The position numbers and the translations under genes were made by a program. Of a stretch of DNA of 64,000 nt, positions 61,551-64,000 are shown in pieces. Origin of the DNA: a virus. The first letter of the stretch is position 1, and each line of letters starts with the position of its first letter. Under the pieces are notes generated by a model. It had not been told where the DNA came from. It saw only the letters and a list, made by a program, of their open reading frames with translations, and did no database searches. Location: IMG/VR virus record IMGVR_UViG_2928125067_000001, positions 2,187-66,186 of that record; one strand, 5' to 3'.

Positions 61551-62422
61551 GGCCGACAGGTACGAGCGTCCGCGAATTGTGGGACGCCTACTGCCGGGAC
61601 AAGGAGGGAAACCCGTCCGTCGTCATCATGGGGCACCAGTGGAAGGCACTTGGGCCATGGTTCGGTGCCATGAACGCTGAGGACGTCACCATCGCGGACT
61701 GCCGGGCCTACACGGCCGCGCGGCGGCAGCAGGGCATCAAAGATGGCACGATCATCACCGAGTTGGGACGTGTCCGCACGGTGCTGAATTGGGCGGTAAA
61801 GCACAGCCTGCTTGAGAAGGCGCCCTACATCGAGCGCCCACGCGAGGTGAAATCGACCACGGGGCACCTGACGCTGCCTCAGGTTCGCGCGCTCGCCAAT
61901 GCCTGCGCGGCTCCGCACCTGAAGCTGTTCGTTTGGCTGGCCTACGCCACCGCCGGTCGGGCTGGCGCGATCTTGGACCTGACGTGGGACCGCTGCGATT
62001 TTGAGCGGAACAAGATCGATCTGGAGAACCCAGAGATCCAAGTGGCGCATAAGGGCCGCGCGGTCGTGCCGATGAACCGGTCGATCAAGCTACGCCTGCT
62101 GGCGGCGCGTGAAGGTGCGAGGTCAGACTACGTAATCGAATGGGCGAAGCAGAAGGTTGGGTCGGTCAAGAAAGGGCTGGCGAGTGCCGCCAAAGCCGCG
62201 GGCCTGCCGCACGTCCACGCTCACATGCTCCGACACTCTGCCGCCGTGCGACAAGCTGAGGAAGGCGTGTCGATGGAGGAGATCGCCAGCTACCTTGGGC
62301 ACTCAGACCTGAAGGTGACGCGCAGGATCTACGCGCGGTTTAGTCCGGAGGCCTTGAGCAAGGGTGCGAACGCCCTGGAATTTGACGATCTGGAGCCGAC
62401 CGAAGTGCGCCGTTCGGCCTGA
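61376..62422 (+). CDS. int: Tyrosine integrase
   Basis: TAGR (R), K, HMLRHS (HxLR), LGH, Y. Confidence 0.95.
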   Translation: MRRAQRDYDIGRLKTTQFPRGECILTFYQEGKRRRLRLGTDNEAEAERRAPALYAEALRPTGTSVRELWDAYCRDKEGNPSVVIMGHQWKALGPWFGAMNAEDVTIADCRAYTAARRQQGIKDGTIITELGRVRTVLNWAVKHSLLEKAPYIERPREVKSTTGHLTLPQVRALANACAAPHLKLFVWLAYATAGRAGAILDLTWDRCDFERNKIDLENPEIQVAHKGRAVVPMNRSIKLRLLAAREGARSDYVIEWAKQKVGSVKKGLASAAKAAGLPHVHAHMLRHSAAVRQAEEGVSMEEIASYLGHSDLKVTRRIYARFSPEALSKGANALEFDDLEPTEVRRSA

Positions 62423-62524
62423 GCCGGTGGGCGCCATTTCGGTCCAACTGACACGCCGTGACTGAGGTAACTACCCAATGTTGGCGTTCTCGAAACTTAA
62501 GCCACTGTTCCCGCTAGAGAAAAG

Positions 62525-62599
62525 TGGTGGGCGCGACAGGGATCGAACCTGTGACCCCTACCATGTCAAGGTAGTGCTCTCCCGCTGAGCTACGCGCCC
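62525..62599 (-). tRNA. tRNA-Val(GAC), prophage attachment site
   Basis: GGGCGCGTAGCTCAGCGGGAGAGCACTACCTTGACATGGTAGGGGTCACAGGTTCGATCCCTGTCGCGCCCACCA cloverleaf with CCA. Confidence 0.97.
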
Positions 62600-62632
62600 G
62601 GGCCGGAGCCGTTCTTGCTCCGGTGGGCGGGG

Positions 62633-62661
62633 CCTATAGCGGCTGGCCGGCGAGGGCGCAA
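62633..62661 (-). promoter_or_regulatory. tRNA promoter TTGCGC-N17-TATAGG
   Basis: Spacing and position upstream of tRNA. Confidence 0.6.
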
Positions 62662-62753
62662 GCAGAACCTGCATCGCGGATCGGATCGATCGCGCCCGGC
62701 CCGGGCACCGGACGACCGGATCGCGACGGGGCCGGACTGCATCGGCGATGTCT

Positions 62754-62781
62754 GGCAAGGGTTTGCGGGCAAGGGTTTGCG
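62754..62781. repeat. Perfect 14-bp tandem duplication GGCAAGGGTTTGCG x2
   Basis: Seen in host intergenic DNA. Confidence 0.8.
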
Positions 62782-62956
62782 GGAAAAATCTTCGGGCCGG
62801 TTCAATCGACCGGCTCGGATGCGGTTCGAGGCCGAAGCCGGCCCTGGTGCACGCCGGCGGAAAAATGCGCTATGGCCCTGCCGCTCGGCATCAGGCCGTG
62901 CCGCGACACATGGCGGACACAGGGCGCCGGCATGCCGCCGCCTCACGCTTCAGGAC

Positions 62957-64000
62957 ATGCGCTACTTCATCGACCACGATCAGGGCGTTGCGATCCGCGG
63001 CTGGATCGTGCCGGACAATCCCCTCGCCATCAGCCGGGTCGTGGTCGCGGTCGACGGACGACGCGTGGCCGAGGTCCCGGCCAGCGTCATCGACGAGGCC
63101 TTCAAGCGCAACGGGTGGCATGCCACCGGGCAATGCACCTTCGTGGTCACGGAGGCGGAGGTGCCGGGGCTGACGGAGATCCCGCGGCTCGAATTGTACG
63201 ATGCCGACACCAACGTGATGGTCTATCGCCGCATGCCGCCCGAGGGGCTGGTGCGGTTGCGGACCATGCTGATCAACACCGGCATCGAGCCCGAGACCGT
63301 CCTCCAGACGGCGCTCTTCCCGCATTTCCAGCATTGCTATTTCGGCATCCATAAGCTGCCGGACGAGATTCTCACCTGCGTCCTGACCGGACCGGCCGCC
63401 CCGTCGGCCTTCCTGTCCGGCGCCGTGACCGTCCCGCGCTACGAGAACTTCCTGACGCCGGACCTGATGATCACCGCCATCCTGCTGCAGGAGCCGCAGA
63501 TCGAGATGGCGACCCGGATGCGCTGGCTGAAGGCTCGGGCCGGGGATGCCGCCGATCCCGCACGCAGCTGGCGCCTGGGCCCGCTCGCCGAGGCCGCCGC
63601 CTTCGCGGAGGGGTACGACTTCTCCGACGTGAAGAGCCTCAAGCGCTTCTTCCGCATGCTGCCCGAACCCGCCTACCGGCTGCTCTACAATCCGCTGACC
63701 CGCCAACTCGGGACCCGCATGCCGGACGACCGGCTGCATCCGGGCAACTCCATCGCGGCGATCGAGATTCTCGCCCGCGTCGGGATCGTCGGGCACAAAT
63801 CCCGGTTCCCCGCCTTCGCATCGACGCTGTTCGACCGCCTGGGGATCGCCAAGCCGATCCCGGCCCTGCCCCCGGTGCCGGCCGAGACGATGGCGCTCGC
63901 CGAGCGCCTGAAGGCCGTCAAGGCGGTGGAAGACATGATCGTCTTCGATGTCGCCATGTCGGATGCCGTGAAGGCCTCGGTCGACAAGAGCTGGAGTTGA
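62957..64000 (+). CDS. Host hypothetical protein
   Basis: RBS CAGGA; host-like high GC3; stop at 63998-64000. Confidence 0.8.
   Translation: MRYFIDHDQGVAIRGWIVPDNPLAISRVVVAVDGRRVAEVPASVIDEAFKRNGWHATGQCTFVVTEAEVPGLTEIPRLELYDADTNVMVYRRMPPEGLVRLRTMLINTGIEPETVLQTALFPHFQHCYFGIHKLPDEILTCVLTGPAAPSAFLSGAVTVPRYENFLTPDLMITAILLQEPQIEMATRMRWLKARAGDAADPARSWRLGPLAEAAAFAEGYDFSDVKSLKRFFRMLPEPAYRLLYNPLTRQLGTRMPDDRLHPGNSIAAIEILARVGIVGHKSRFPAFASTLFDRLGIAKPIPALPPVPAETMALAERLKAVKAVEDMIVFDVAMSDAVKASVDKSWS

Larger units (their letters stand above)
1..62524. mobile_element. Prophage (temperate myovirus) integrated at tRNA-Val(GAC); left boundary outside window
   Basis: Integrase next to tRNA 3' end; ordered repressor/cro, replication, terminase, head, sheath, baseplate and lysis modules. 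Confidence 0.95.

Noticed and set aside
60779-62050. 423-aa minus-strand ORF
   Set aside because: Shadow of integrase and neighbours.
62426-62434. GGTGGGCGC match to the tRNA 3' end as a second att core
   Set aside because: Only 9 nt and 100 bp from the tRNA; too short to support.

Overview
Positions 1 to about 62,520 are a temperate myovirus-type prophage in a GC-rich alphaproteobacterium (Methylobacterium-like by gene style; inference). It is integrated at the 3' end of an intact tRNA-Val(GAC) (62525-62599, minus strand), and the other att end lies left of the window. Right to left: integrase/excisionase; a long + strand early operon (Sak-like annealase, Gp157, NinB, dCMP deaminase, DUF1643, HNHs); a switch with a short non-cleavable repressor, Cro, GTCCA-N7-TGGAC operators and an alphaproteobacterial LexA box; an early minus-strand operon (GapR-like, DnaA-domain-IV-like, RusA, DnaB, replication protein with iterons, NusG-like antiterminator); a consensus late promoter with a long structured leader; terminase, head, contractile tail and a multi-gene fibre region; a GH19 lysis cassette; and a second + strand cluster of early-type genes. 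The most unusual signals are: (1) two promoter-preceded structured RNAs on the strand opposite the lysis genes, one a four-way junction and one carrying a solitary type I-E CRISPR-repeat-like unit (candidate RNA anti-CRISPR or lysis-silencing antisense RNA); (2) three HNH insertions that each split or repair their target gene; (3) a LexA-box-controlled candidate antirepressor; (4) a NusG-paralog plus structured-leader late control. All family calls come from motif recognition by eye, without database searches.
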